A stretch of 64,000 nucleotides of DNA from Nitrospirales bacterium. GTDB taxonomy: Bacteria > Nitrospirota > Nitrospiria > Nitrospirales > UBA8639. Positions 1 through 10,191 of this stretch are shown piece after piece. The notes below the pieces were generated by a model. The model was not told where the DNA came from. It did not search any database and saw nothing but the letters and a program-made list of their open reading frames with translations. The first letter of the stretch is position 1, and each line of letters opens with the position of its first letter. Location of the stretch: assembly GCA_963555755.3 (NCBI GenBank), contig OY820905.2, positions 4,545,745-4,609,744 on the forward strand. Direction: 5' to 3'. Both the position numbers and the translations under genes were made by a program.

Positions 1-144
1 TGGAAGAACAATTCTCACAAGAAATGGCTATGAAAAGGGTTGAAAATCTTTACCGTGATCTTACAGGGTTGTAGAGGAATTCTGTGTGCGTAGCGAGTGA
101 TTCTGCAAAGTAGACAGAACGGAAAGGGAGGAAAGGACGACTAC

Positions 145-1686
145 TTATTGGGGTTGATTGAGGGGGGTTGGTTGGGAAGAGGAGCGAAGCAGGTGCTCTG
201 GAATAGACCCCTGTCCCATGGAATGTTCGTAGCGAACTCCCGACGAAGCCTCGGGGTAGGGTATGTGTAAAAAACTTCGCACATCCGCTTCTAGCCAATC
301 TCGTAATCGCACGAGATCTTCGGCTGTGAGAGAGTCTGTGTAGACATACGATGTATACTCTCCCGGTATTCCCTTATAATATTCTGCCGTTTCGTTATAG
401 TTCACTTCTACGCTATGTAAGCGATCACCGGTTTTATGATAGGTATAGGTCCAGATCCGGGGGGATGTTTCTACGGCCTCGTCAAAATAGGGTGTTCCTG
501 GATATGTGGTGATGACCGTGGTATCAAAGTCATTCGGCTGAACTAACCGCAGCCAGTCGCGTGTGTCTTTGATGGTTTGTTCTGTTTCCCCAGGGTGCCC
601 AACGGACATGAGCGCCTTCACTTTGAGCCCATGTCGTCTGGCGATTTCCATGCATCGAGTATTGTCCTCAAGGGTGGCTATCTTTTGAATATTGGTGAGA
701 ATCCGTTCAGCGCCTGATTCAAAGCCAATAAGCAGCCAACGAAATCCAGCTTGATACATGGCTTCGGCTTGTTCGTCCGTAAACAATTCAGCCTTGATGA
801 AACCTCTAAGCCGGAACTCGACACCGAGGTTGTGCTGCGCTTGGGATATGAGCGTCATTAACTCAACCATTTTTGGATTGACGTTGAGTTCGTCATCGTA
901 GAGCATGAATCCGCGTGTTCCATACTGTTCAAAAAGGTGGACCATTTCCTGAACCACATTTTCACTTGTCCGAGTCCGAATGCGTCTGAGAGATGGACTG
1001 CTTCGTCCACCGCAAAATCCGCATCCAAATGGGCATCCTAATTGGGCAATCATGGAAAGAGCCGGGACGTCATCAATGGTGTAACGGTAGCTCTCCACAT
1101 CCACTAAATGGCGAGCAGGAAATGGCAGGTCATTCAGAAGTGAGTTGGTTAAGAATATTTTGGATTGAGGATTATCTCCATCGACAATTTTTGGTGGGTG
1201 CTCGCATAAGGCATCAAATATCGCCAATTCACCATCCCCGGCGACCAAGACATCGTATTGTTGTTGGAGTTGTTGGAGGGCTTCGGTGGCCCTCCCTATG
1301 ATCCCGCGTTTACATTCGTTTTTGTGCGCGGAATGGACGAGGGTGGTATGAGGTCCCCCTAAAATAATACGAGAATGTGGAAGGTGGGCGCGAAGCACGA
1401 TTTGGATCTTGCCCGCAGCGGGGATTTGGGGAGTCGTAGCCGTCAGGCCAAAGGTCTGGATCGAAGTGGTATTTGCGTAATCTCGAACGACTTCTTCGTA
1501 GTTTTCTACTCCTGATAAATCTAAGACATCCACTGAATAGCCGGCATTTTCCAAGACCGCGGCAATACGGAGAATGCCAAGACTCATGAAAACTCGTTCA
1601 TCTAAGAGAAACACCGAGGGGGGAATGATCAGGCAGATGGAACGAGTCATGAAATTGTGTGGTCCGGACGCTGTGGGGATGGACAA
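145..1686 (-). CDS. Cobalamin-binding radical SAM protein (class B radical-SAM methyltransferase-like)
   Basis: N-terminal B12-binding-like domain (SLGILRIAAVL...LGGPH...GDGE), CxxxCxxC motif GCPFGCGFC, YDDE and GFESG. Alternative start ATG at 1650. Confidence 0.85.
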   Translation of the reverse strand: MSIPTASGPHNFMTRSICLIIPPSVFLLDERVFMSLGILRIAAVLENAGYSVDVLDLSGVENYEEVVRDYANTTSIQTFGLTATTPQIPAAGKIQIVLRAHLPHSRIILGGPHTTLVHSAHKNECKRGIIGRATEALQQLQQQYDVLVAGDGELAIFDALCEHPPKIVDGDNPQSKIFLTNSLLNDLPFPARHLVDVESYRYTIDDVPALSMIAQLGCPFGCGFCGGRSSPSLRRIRTRTSENVVQEMVHLFEQYGTRGFMLYDDELNVNPKMVELMTLISQAQHNLGVEFRLRGFIKAELFTDEQAEAMYQAGFRWLLIGFESGAERILTNIQKIATLEDNTRCMEIARRHGLKVKALMSVGHPGETEQTIKDTRDWLRLVQPNDFDTTVITTYPGTPYFDEAVETSPRIWTYTYHKTGDRLHSVEVNYNETAEYYKGIPGEYTSYVYTDSLTAEDLVRLRDWLEADVRSFLHIPYPEASSGVRYEHSMGQGSIPEHLLRSSSQPTPLNQPQ

Positions 1687-1724
1687 CTATTACTATTAGG
1701 TTGCTAGGGGTTGCTTATTAGTAT

Positions 1725-2837
1725 TTACAGAGCTTTTCGGCAAATATCAAGGAAATACTCCGCTCTTTTTTCGCATGTATGGTGATTGACAAGGTGCAGG
1801 TAACCCTTTTCAATGATTTCTTGTCGTTCGGATTCATTTTGAAGGTAGTATTTGACCAATTCTACCAGGTTGCTTAAGTCTCGTTTGATAAAAACAGCAT
1901 GGGTGTTATGGATAAAATTATGAGGGATGACCGAGTAGGGTATATCTGATAAGAGTAATGTCTTGCATGCGACAATTTCATAGTAGCGAATCGGGGGGGT
2001 GAGCCCCCCACCACGAAGGCATAGGGCAATTTTTGAACGGAAAATTTGGTTAAAATATGGATTGTTTCCTTGGCTGTCTGGATCGGGGGAAAGTTTAGGA
2101 GCTTCGTAATTGTGAGGGGCTGCGGCCAAGGGAAAAAATTTGTCTTTGAGCCGTTCTATCCCTGGTCCTCTCATTTTGTATGTCTGATCGCCAGGGTCTC
2201 TATATAGTCCGCCATCGAAATTAATTGCTGATGTATTCTTTAATATGGTGATCGCTTTAGGGCGACATGGATGGGAAGCCCGTCCGGTATAGGAGAGATC
2301 GATGGTCTTGTCTCCACTGGGAATTGGTGGAATGGTTTGAAGTGCCACGCTCAACGGAAGCGGATAGGTTATGTTATATAAAGTACGATTCCACCTAAAG
2401 GACCGAACCGCGTCAATAAAATCCAGTAGCCGGTTTCGCGTGCCCCACACGTAGTCACGTTTAAAATACAACTGAATGGGATATTGTGCCAAAAGGTCAT
2501 GGCGGATGTAGGAATCTTCTTCTCCATCCAGTAGAACCAAGGGGGGCATCGGGGCTTTAGATTGTTGCAAGGAAGTCAAGGTGGTCAGTGCCACGGGGCG
2601 AGGTGCAAAGCAAATAAACGAAAATTCGTGTTGAAAAAGTTTTTCGATAACTTCTTCCTTAGAGGCCAGGGGAATCGAAGATTGGGGTACAAACCAGATT
2701 TTTGCCGAAGGGTCGTGGTATGTGGGCTTGGGAGGAAAATCAACGACATTTTGTGAACCTAGAACCGAACACAACCCTGTATACATTTGATCGGTTTGGT
2801 GGTCGGGATCCGGCAAAGTGATAAAAAGGATTTTCAT
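1725..2837 (-). CDS. CgeB/Glyco_trans_1_2-type glycosyltransferase
   Basis: C-terminal SKIALC...RYYEIVACKTLLLS...IIEKGYLHLVNHHT matches the CgeB-like GT-B C-terminal signature. Confidence 0.75.
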   Translation of the reverse strand: MKILFITLPDPDHQTDQMYTGLCSVLGSQNVVDFPPKPTYHDPSAKIWFVPQSSIPLASKEEVIEKLFQHEFSFICFAPRPVALTTLTSLQQSKAPMPPLVLLDGEEDSYIRHDLLAQYPIQLYFKRDYVWGTRNRLLDFIDAVRSFRWNRTLYNITYPLPLSVALQTIPPIPSGDKTIDLSYTGRASHPCRPKAITILKNTSAINFDGGLYRDPGDQTYKMRGPGIERLKDKFFPLAAAPHNYEAPKLSPDPDSQGNNPYFNQIFRSKIALCLRGGGLTPPIRYYEIVACKTLLLSDIPYSVIPHNFIHNTHAVFIKRDLSNLVELVKYYLQNESERQEIIEKGYLHLVNHHTCEKRAEYFLDICRKAL

Positions 2838-3244
2838 GTTACTTTTCCCTGTGCCCTTGTTTAAAGAGAATTATTGTCTTCACCTATAACTTCGAATGGG
2901 AAATCTGACTATTTGTTTGATTGGCTAGGAAGTTCTTTTAAAAATAATTTTTCTGATAGAATACGTCTCGACTCTATTCACCAATTTACCAGAAGGTCAA
3001 GAAAAATAGATCGACATAATTCGTTGGATGAGATGATTTTTTGCTGGGGACTCACTTGTCAGCTCTGGAATTAATCTACCCATTTTTTGATTCAATATTT
3101 CCCACTTCTTACTTGATTGAAACTTCCTAGGCCTGTTATTGAGGGTACCCAGTGCCCGCAATGAAGAATTATTGCTTTGTAATGATAAGTACGAAATTTG
3201 ATGGCGCTCGTTGAGTTTTTATTTTGTCTAAGGCGAGGATAGGG

Positions 3245-4051
3245 ATGAAACTACATTGTTTTTTGTGTGCTTCTCCGCTGTTTCCTGATGATAGGGTGAG
3301 GGATCAGGAGTTGCACTCTCAATATTATAAGAAGAACAGGGAAGCGACTCCAGAGGACGTGATGCTGAGTGTCATTCAAAATGGATGTACGTTTCCCGTT
3401 CAAGAAGGCAGGTGTATTCGGAATCCGTTCGTCAAGAGTATAGCATATAATTGGCTTCTCTGTGATGCCAACTGCCAAGGAGATTACTGGCTCTTTCTTC
3501 CGGAAGATTGTTTGGTGAAACCAGAGGGGTGGCAGGAAATTCAACGGCATATGCGTAAGGGGAAGGAGTGTTTTGGGCTTTCAAAAGATCCTAAAGGCTT
3601 GGTAGCCAAACAAGGAGTTTTTCAGAGTATTTCAAAAGAAGTCCAGGCTGTGTGCGATATGAATTTCCTGGGAAAAGAAATTGGGGGTGCTGTATTACGC
3701 CAGACATTGGAAAAACAAGGCTTTCACTGTATTACTAAAAACTGGAAAAAATTTTCGTCAAATCCTGATCTTTGGGGGAATGAGTTGTATGGGCTTATGA
3801 ATGTTCCTGATCATCCGGAAATTAATCGAACCTTAAATCTGCCAATTCTCCAAGATTATGGCTTTGATGGATGGAAAGCGACCAAGGAAGAATTGGAGTC
3901 AACATTCATGAAAATTGTGTCGAGGAGTTTGGAATTACAACGGCAACAAGCTGATGCGGTGAAATCCCTCATTGCCCACTTTGGCCCATTGATTAGCGAA
4001 TTACCTTATAAAGGTCTGTGGTCTGAGTTTATGAGCAGATTCAAAAAATAA
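3245..4051 (+). CDS. Hypothetical protein in glycan locus, weakly GT-A-like
   Basis: Long ORF with ATG at 3245 after GAGGA. QGDYWLFLPEDC resembles the GT2 segment GDYxxFLDxD. First gene of the GT cluster. Confidence 0.55.
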   Translation: MKLHCFLCASPLFPDDRVRDQELHSQYYKKNREATPEDVMLSVIQNGCTFPVQEGRCIRNPFVKSIAYNWLLCDANCQGDYWLFLPEDCLVKPEGWQEIQRHMRKGKECFGLSKDPKGLVAKQGVFQSISKEVQAVCDMNFLGKEIGGAVLRQTLEKQGFHCITKNWKKFSSNPDLWGNELYGLMNVPDHPEINRTLNLPILQDYGFDGWKATKEELESTFMKIVSRSLELQRQQADAVKSLIAHFGPLISELPYKGLWSEFMSRFKK

Positions 4052-4108
4052 GCCCCCTGTGTAGGTGCGATTAATACCAAATGTTGGCGTTGTTGGACTT
4101 CTGACTAA

Positions 4109-5221
4109 ATGAAAATTGGCTTTGATGCGACCCCCCTTATTCACCCAATTGGAGGAATCGCATGCTATGCAAAGAATTTATTGAAAGCCCTATTAGAATT
4201 AAATAGCGGGGACATTTTTTTTGGGTATATCCCCATCGGCACTTCCTCGCAACTGCCATGGCCTACTCATGAATACGGTAAAAGGTTAAGATGGGTCGAA
4301 GTTAATCACCGTAGCCTTCGGCATCGAAGGGCCACTGACCAATTGGATGTGTACCACGGAACAAATTTTAAACTTCAGACTTCAGGGCGTTATGGAACGG
4401 TGTTGACGATTCATGATCTTTGGTTAGATCGACATCCTGAATATTCCAAAAAGTTTTTTGGACAGCGACTTTCCTTTTATCGGACGAAACGACGGGTTCA
4501 GCAGGCTACTCGTGTGATTGCCGTGTCAGAGTTTACGGCGAAGGAAATTCAGGAACTATACGGAGTGCCCGCGAACAAGATTTCAGTCATTCATCATGGA
4601 GTCTCGAAGGATTTTTTCCCTGACCCTGGTCCAATCAAGAACTTTAGTGGTTTCCGGGAACGTCTAGGGATTCGGGATAAGCCGTTTGTCTTATTTATCG
4701 GTGGGGCTAACCCAAGGAAAAATCATCAGGCGCTATTCAAAGCCCTTGCCCATAATACATATCTCAGCCAAGAACATTCGCTCGTGGTGGTAGGAAGTAC
4801 ATCATTTAAAAAACTCACCCTTAAAAAAACCATCCATGACCTCGGCTTGGAAGGATGTGTCGTTTGTGTTGAGCAGGTGTCTCCTGATGAACTTCGAATG
4901 TTGTATTCGAGGGCCTCGTTATTCGTGTTCCCTTCAAGATATGAAGGCTTTGGCTTTCCTGTCCTTGAGGCGATGGCTTGTGGAGTTCCTGTCATAACTT
5001 CGAGATGTTCTGCCTTGCCAGAGGTGGCAGGGGACGCCGCGATATTGGTAGATCTTGAAAATTCAGAAGCGTTGGAACAGGCGATGGTTCAAGTCCTTCA
5101 AGACTTGGATCTTCAAAATACGCTTCGACAAAAGGGGGTAACACGAGCGGCTAGTTTTGATTGGATGCGGACGGCAGAACAAACTCTTCAGGTCTATCAC
5201 TCAATTGGTCCTCAAAAATGA
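4109..5221 (+). CDS. Glycosyltransferase family 4 (MtfB/WbaZ-like)
   Basis: [30 protein letters not shown] (Ex7E motif). Confidence 0.92.
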   Translation: MKIGFDATPLIHPIGGIACYAKNLLKALLELNSGDIFFGYIPIGTSSQLPWPTHEYGKRLRWVEVNHRSLRHRRATDQLDVYHGTNFKLQTSGRYGTVLTIHDLWLDRHPEYSKKFFGQRLSFYRTKRRVQQATRVIAVSEFTAKEIQELYGVPANKISVIHHGVSKDFFPDPGPIKNFSGFRERLGIRDKPFVLFIGGANPRKNHQALFKALAHNTYLSQEHSLVVVGSTSFKKLTLKKTIHDLGLEGCVVCVEQVSPDELRMLYSRASLFVFPSRYEGFGFPVLEAMACGVPVITSRCSALPEVAGDAAILVDLENSEALEQAMVQVLQDLDLQNTLRQKGVTRAASFDWMRTAEQTLQVYHSIGPQK

Positions 5222-5327
5222 TAGAGGTGCTTAAGGGAAGATTCAGTTTGCTGATAAAAAGAGCAAGTTTCCAAACTGGAAGTTAAGGAAGTTGCAGAAA
5301 AATTTTATCGAGAAGTTTCAATAGAAG

Positions 5328-6368
5328 ATGTCAAAAATTAAAGTACTACAAGCCGTAAGTCGATTGGAGATAGGTGGAACCGAAAAGGCCCTTCAGGTTT
5401 TCTGTAAATATCTTGATAAATCAAGATTTGAGGTCATTGCCTGTGGATGGCAACAAGGGGGTTGTCGAGTTGAAGAATTAAAAAAACTAGGGATTCCCGT
5501 TATAGTGGGGCCCGTGGATATCAATAAAGTGGTTCGTGATCATAAGATTGATATTTGCCATGTTTATCGATCTGGCCACTATGAACCAGGATCACTTCCT
5601 GACAAATCCAAAGGGTGGCCGAAGATCGTTGAGACGAGTATTTTCCATGATTTCGATCCCATTGAAGGGCAGTCCATTGATCACCATTTCTTTGTGTCTG
5701 AGTTTTCTCGAAACCAATACCTTGAAAAAAATAGGTTGTCGCAGTCCCTGCAGTATGATGTTTTGTATAATCCTGTAGATATGGAAGAGTTTCCTGAACG
5801 CCCAAAAACCTTTTCCTCCACCATTGGTCGATGTAGTCGAGCTGATGATGGCAAATGGCACAAGGTCTGTATCGATTGTTTGCCGAAGGTGTTCAGAAAG
5901 GTTCCAGAAGCCAAATGTGTGATCCAGGGGATACCGGATACTATGCGCGAGCGGTTAGCCCATTTATCCGTAAATGAGAAAGTTCAGCTTTTTGAACCGA
6001 ATATGAATGTCCAAGAGTTTTATCAACGTATCGATGTATTTATTCATGGTGCGCGAGTGGGTGAAACGTTTGGGTGTGTCATTGCTGAGGCCATGGCGAA
6101 TAAAATTCCCGTCGTGACCCTGAGCACCCCTCGGGGCAAGAAAGCGAATGCGCAGGTTGAGTTGGTTGAGCACGGCATAACCGGGTTTGTGTGTCGATGG
6201 TCATGGCAATACGCGAATGCTGTCATTGAGCTGTTAAAGAATCACGATCTCAGGGAACGGTTTGCTCGACAGGGCTATGAAAAAGCCTGCGAGCAGTTTG
6301 AAGCATCACGGCTGACACGAAAACTCGAGAATGTGTATACTTCGCTGATGGATGGGCCGCATGTTTGA
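5328..6368 (+). CDS. Glycosyltransferase family 4
   Basis: GGTE near the N-terminus; ETFGCVIAEAMA (Ex7E). Confidence 0.88.
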   Translation: MSKIKVLQAVSRLEIGGTEKALQVFCKYLDKSRFEVIACGWQQGGCRVEELKKLGIPVIVGPVDINKVVRDHKIDICHVYRSGHYEPGSLPDKSKGWPKIVETSIFHDFDPIEGQSIDHHFFVSEFSRNQYLEKNRLSQSLQYDVLYNPVDMEEFPERPKTFSSTIGRCSRADDGKWHKVCIDCLPKVFRKVPEAKCVIQGIPDTMRERLAHLSVNEKVQLFEPNMNVQEFYQRIDVFIHGARVGETFGCVIAEAMANKIPVVTLSTPRGKKANAQVELVEHGITGFVCRWSWQYANAVIELLKNHDLRERFARQGYEKACEQFEASRLTRKLENVYTSLMDGPHV

Positions 6369-6399
6369 GTATCGGGATTCTTAACTCCCTTTTGATCTG

Positions 6400-7416
6400 A
6401 TGGGTAGCCATGTTGAAAATATTCTTGTCATCAAGCTACGGTACATTGGCGATGTTCTCCTCACCACTCCGCTCTTTCGTGTCCTTCGCGAGCAATTTCC
6501 TCAAGCCAGACTGACCGCCCTGGTAAATCAAGGCACGGAGCCTGTTCTCAAGCATAATTCTTGCCTTGATCATATCGCCGTACTTCCCCAGGGAAACTGG
6601 GTTCAACAGATTAAATTTCTCCGGTTTATTCGATCGTGTCGCTTTGACTGTGTGATTGATGTATCTGATGGGGATCGGTCTGCATTCCTCACGGCTATTT
6701 CAGGGGCACGAATGAAAATTGGTTTTAATCGTGAAGGCCTATGGAGGGGGAGAGTCTATTCATGGTCGATCAAAGGCCAATATGGAACGATGCACATGTT
6801 GGACTACCACGCACAGTCGCTTATTCCGCTTGGGATGGAGCCGCGCATTTGTGATCCGGAGCTAAATGTCAGCGACGAAGAGAGTCAAGCTGCCGAACAG
6901 ATTCTTGCCAACTATGGGTTGAAAGGCGTGAATTGGGTCATGCTACATCCCGCTGCTCGATACTGGTTTAAAGCCTGGCCACCTGAAAGGTTTGCAGCGC
7001 TGGGTGATGCGCTTATCAAAGAAGGGTTTCAAGTTGTCTTAGTAGGAAGCGAACCTGAACAAAAGGTGGCCGAAGAGGTGATTCAAGCTGGTCAACAGAA
7101 ATTTGTCTCTCTCGTTGGGAAAACTACTCTTCGAGAGTTGGCAGTGTTGATGAAGCAATGCCGCATTTTTGTAGGAAATGATGCGGGACCGATGCACATG
7201 GCTGCTGCGGTCGGCTGTCCCGTAGTCGCCTTGTTTGGTCCCACGGATCCGGCTGTATGGGGGCCTCGTGGGAAATCATGTCATACCATCTATAAAGGGC
7301 TTGATTGCCGAGAATGTTTTTATCCAGGTTGTCAAAAGGGCGAGATGAGTTGCATGAAACGTATTAGCGTGGATGAAGTACTGCAAGCGGTGAAACCATT
7401 GTTATCTGGGGCATAG
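6400..7416 (+). CDS. GT9 LPS heptosyltransferase (WaaQ/WaaF-like)
   Basis: KLRYIGDVLL, HPAARYWFKAWP, GNDAGPMHMAAA, ALFGPT. Confidence 0.9.
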   Translation: MGSHVENILVIKLRYIGDVLLTTPLFRVLREQFPQARLTALVNQGTEPVLKHNSCLDHIAVLPQGNWVQQIKFLRFIRSCRFDCVIDVSDGDRSAFLTAISGARMKIGFNREGLWRGRVYSWSIKGQYGTMHMLDYHAQSLIPLGMEPRICDPELNVSDEESQAAEQILANYGLKGVNWVMLHPAARYWFKAWPPERFAALGDALIKEGFQVVLVGSEPEQKVAEEVIQAGQQKFVSLVGKTTLRELAVLMKQCRIFVGNDAGPMHMAAAVGCPVVALFGPTDPAVWGPRGKSCHTIYKGLDCRECFYPGCQKGEMSCMKRISVDEVLQAVKPLLSGA

Positions 7417-7522
7417 CTTACCTGGGTGGTGAATGTAAACAGACAATGGGGCTGCCGAACAATTGAAATATTTCCATTATGCCGTCCGCAGGTTATTCAT
7501 CTCATACACCTCCAAGAGCAAG

Positions 7523-7658
7523 CGGGGATGTTCAAAACCTGTCCTGAGCCAACGCCGAAGGAAGGTGTGATCAGTCCTGTCCTGAGTCTGTCGAAGGGAA
7601 CGCTGCTGGTTTGTCTGCCGTAGCCTTGGCGAAGGCTGACGCCCTTTTTCAACATCCC
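7523..7658. repeat. Degenerate family-F MITE carrying REP-like palindromes
   Basis: Ends GGGGATGTTCAAAA and TTTTTCAACATCCC match the F termini at 24076, 29462 and 62381. Interior has CCTGTCCTGAG...CGAAGG twice and TCTGCCGTAGCCTTGGCGAAGGCTGA. Confidence 0.6.
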
Positions 7659-8720
7659 TTACGGAAATGGGGACAGGGGGGCATAGTGCATAGGAACTCC
7701 GAGTAGCTCTTCAAGCCATGGGTCCATGTCAGATTTGGGTAACGGCATCATGTTGAGTCGTACTTCGAGTTGGTATTGATTGCCTGTGGTCATCACCCCG
7801 ATGACGACTGCGGCATTTTTGTAATCGGGGAGTAGGTGTTGAGTATAAAATTCACAAATCGTCGTATAGAGCCGCCCGCTTTCCCCCATAATCCCTAGAA
7901 GATCCGGAAGCTCAGTGAGACATGTATGAGCCGAACACCGATAGGCAAAGCGGTTGTGTGGCTCGATCTCCTGAAATTCGTGTAAGGCCTGTTGCGGGAA
8001 CCCGGTTAGATACACTCTGACCGACGCAGTAGGCAGTTGATGCGTATTGGCCAACCCGCTAGCCGGCACCAGAAATTCAAAAGGGTCAGAGGCATTAAAT
8101 TCGAATTGGCATGGCCCAAAGGCATCCGCCCAAGAGCAAAAAAACGGTACCTCTTCTCGAGTCGAACGAAGGCTGACCTTATGGTCCTGGCGCTCTATTT
8201 CAATGGGAAGTCCCAGAAGATCGATAGCGGATTGAAACGCGGTCTCCCGTTCGTCTACCCAGATTGATGGCTGATGATTGATCCATGTATCTCCTGGGGC
8301 AATGACCTCACAGGTGCCCAGGCGAATGCGAATAAAGGAATGGGTATGACGAAAACCGAGCCAAAACATGGCCTGAGGGTGGAGTGTAGCGAAGTGGCCT
8401 GGGATGAGCCAGGGATGACAAATGGAACAATAAGTACTGACGGATTGGTATTGTTGAAAGATCGTGTGATAGCGTCCCGCTAACAGAAAAAAATCGCCCT
8501 GCCAATTATCCAGAATGTGGATCATCGTGACATCCTCGAATGGCCAGGGTTCCAGTTGTTGAATGCTTTCAGGCGAAGTCACCTGCCATTCTTCCACATA
8601 GCAAATCCCTTCTTTCTCCGGATCAACGGGGCGTAGCCCTTTACGTTCAAGACGTGTCAGCATGGACAACACGTCTTCGAAACTTAGCGAATCCTGAGAT
8701 TCCCACCGTTGCTCACGCAT
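7659..8720 (-). CDS. Hypothetical protein
   Basis: 353-aa ORF with normal composition; no recognised motif. Confidence 0.7.
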   Translation of the reverse strand: MREQRWESQDSLSFEDVLSMLTRLERKGLRPVDPEKEGICYVEEWQVTSPESIQQLEPWPFEDVTMIHILDNWQGDFFLLAGRYHTIFQQYQSVSTYCSICHPWLIPGHFATLHPQAMFWLGFRHTHSFIRIRLGTCEVIAPGDTWINHQPSIWVDERETAFQSAIDLLGLPIEIERQDHKVSLRSTREEVPFFCSWADAFGPCQFEFNASDPFEFLVPASGLANTHQLPTASVRVYLTGFPQQALHEFQEIEPHNRFAYRCSAHTCLTELPDLLGIMGESGRLYTTICEFYTQHLLPDYKNAAVVIGVMTTGNQYQLEVRLNMMPLPKSDMDPWLEELLGVPMHYAPLSPFP

Positions 8721-8892
8721 GTTTGTTTAGGGCGGAGGAGGATGAGCCGGTCATGGATAGTGATGAGGATGGGAGGTGAGGAGTGAGTTGTCGGTTAAAG
8801 ATTTTCATGGGGTTGGGAATTTTGAGGCAGCAGGAAAAGAGTGCGAGCAAGGCCATCGACAGAAAACCTTTTTGGTCAATCGGGCAAAAAAA

Positions 8893-8984
8893 TGGCGGAG
8901 AGGGCGGGATTTGAACCCGCGGTAGGGGGTAAACCCTACGGCGGTTTAGCAAACCGCTGCCTTCGGCCGCTCGGCCACCTCTCC
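8893..8984 (-). tRNA. tRNA-Ser(GCT)
   Basis: Minus strand reads GGAGAGGTGGCCGAGCGGCCGAAGGCA GCGGT-TTGCTAA-ACCGC, long variable arm, GGTTCAAATCCC, CTCTCCGCCA with encoded CCA. Confidence 0.97.
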
Positions 8985-8988
8985 GCAT

Positions 8989-9174
8989 TTATTTTGTGAT
9001 ATTTTCCAACTGTTTATACGCGAACGCCAATGGAACCTCAAGAGCCGGTTGCAGTGGGGTTGTGGATTCGGCCTGTTCTTGGGTGTCGTCTAACAGATTG
9101 ATGACGTGTCGGTAGTCCCCTTCAAACAAGTGGCCATACACGTCTATGGTCACTTTAATGCTGCTATGCCTCAA
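8989..9174 (-). pseudogene. C-terminal remnant of a tyrosine integrase
   Basis: LRHSSIKVTIDVYGHL matches the LGHS...T...Y.H box II with the catalytic Tyr. It ends 4 nt upstream of the tRNA; the N-terminal part is absent. Confidence 0.75.
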
Positions 9175-9276
9175 CATTATATCACCCACGAAGACATAAA
9201 TCCCACCTGCATCGTCCCTCTGGGTCCCGACCCAAACCTCACTTCCCCCCATGGTCGAAACGATTTATCTCGATAG
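9175..9276 (+). pseudogene. C-terminal remnant of glutathionyl-hydroquinone reductase (YqjG/omega-like GST)
   Basis: Manual translation HYITHEDINPTCIVPLGPDPNLTSPHGRNDLSR* resembles the HYYxSHxxINPxxIVPxGP C-terminus of the family. Confidence 0.65.
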
Positions 9277-9386
9277 ACTATATTGTTCGTTCAGAATGTA
9301 CCCTCAAAAGTATTCTAAGCTTGTAAAGAGGTTTTTGAGTTTAAAGGGATAGGTTGATTTTGGTGGAGGTGTTGAAAAACGGTCTG

Positions 9387-9917
9387 TTACTTTTTGGTGA
9401 AGAGATGGGTCTGATCCACGCCGTGGGATTCAATGACGTTGAGGCCTTTGGCATTTACGTGACGGCCGCTGATTTTTGCGTTTTTTATCCGCAGGGTCCA
9501 CGGGGTATGGAGTTTGGCGCCGTTTTCCATGAAGAGTTGCGGGGTTTTGAGTTCGCCGTCCACCCTGGCGGTGCTGCTGAGTTTGACGTTGTTCTTTGCC
9601 GTGATATCCCCAATGATCGTGCCTTCACTTTCGACGGACCCGGCCTTGACTTTGGCTTCAATCATGCCTTGATGGCCAACAATCAGTGAGCCTTTGGTAT
9701 GAATTTCCCCTTCAAAGCGTCCGTCAATTCGAATGTTTCCGTGGTTGGTAATCTTTCCCTTGCATTCAACCCCTTCACCAAAAAATGCGACGATTTCATT
9801 GCTTTTTCTTCGCTGAACGGGGTCCCTGGGGTTTTTGGCTGTTTGTGTAACAGACCTTCCCTGGGCATGGCGTTTATCCATGGCCTTCGACTGTTTGGAT
9901 TCAGTGGATGTACTCAT
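9387..9917 (-). CDS. Bactofilin (polymer-forming cytoskeletal protein)
   Basis: FFGEGVECKGKI...IRIDGRFEGEI...LIVG...GTIIGDI...ARVDGELKTPQLFMENGA beta-helix repeats. Confidence 0.85.
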   Translation of the reverse strand: MSTSTESKQSKAMDKRHAQGRSVTQTAKNPRDPVQRRKSNEIVAFFGEGVECKGKITNHGNIRIDGRFEGEIHTKGSLIVGHQGMIEAKVKAGSVESEGTIIGDITAKNNVKLSSTARVDGELKTPQLFMENGAKLHTPWTLRIKNAKISGRHVNAKGLNVIESHGVDQTHLFTKK

Positions 9918-10191
9918 GAGTCAGAAGATGTCCTGTATTTCGTACGCCTCAATCTTTTTTTTGTTCCTTGTGCCTCAATATAAGTTTATCGGTGGTTGAT
10001 TGAATTAAATTGAATTTTTTGTATTTCTCATCGTGCCCCTGCTCCTCATCCACCTTTTGAAAGCCTTTCGTATGATTTGGATCTGATTGTCCATATTGCA
10101 AAAAATTACCGATCTGTTTTTTCCATATATGCAGGGTGGCGAGGCGTCTTGGACCAGGACCTTTTGCTTGACATGAGATGGTCATGGGTAG

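Noticed and set aside
8713..8988. 91-aa minus-strand ORF
   Set aside because: It is a translation of the tRNA-Ser gene.
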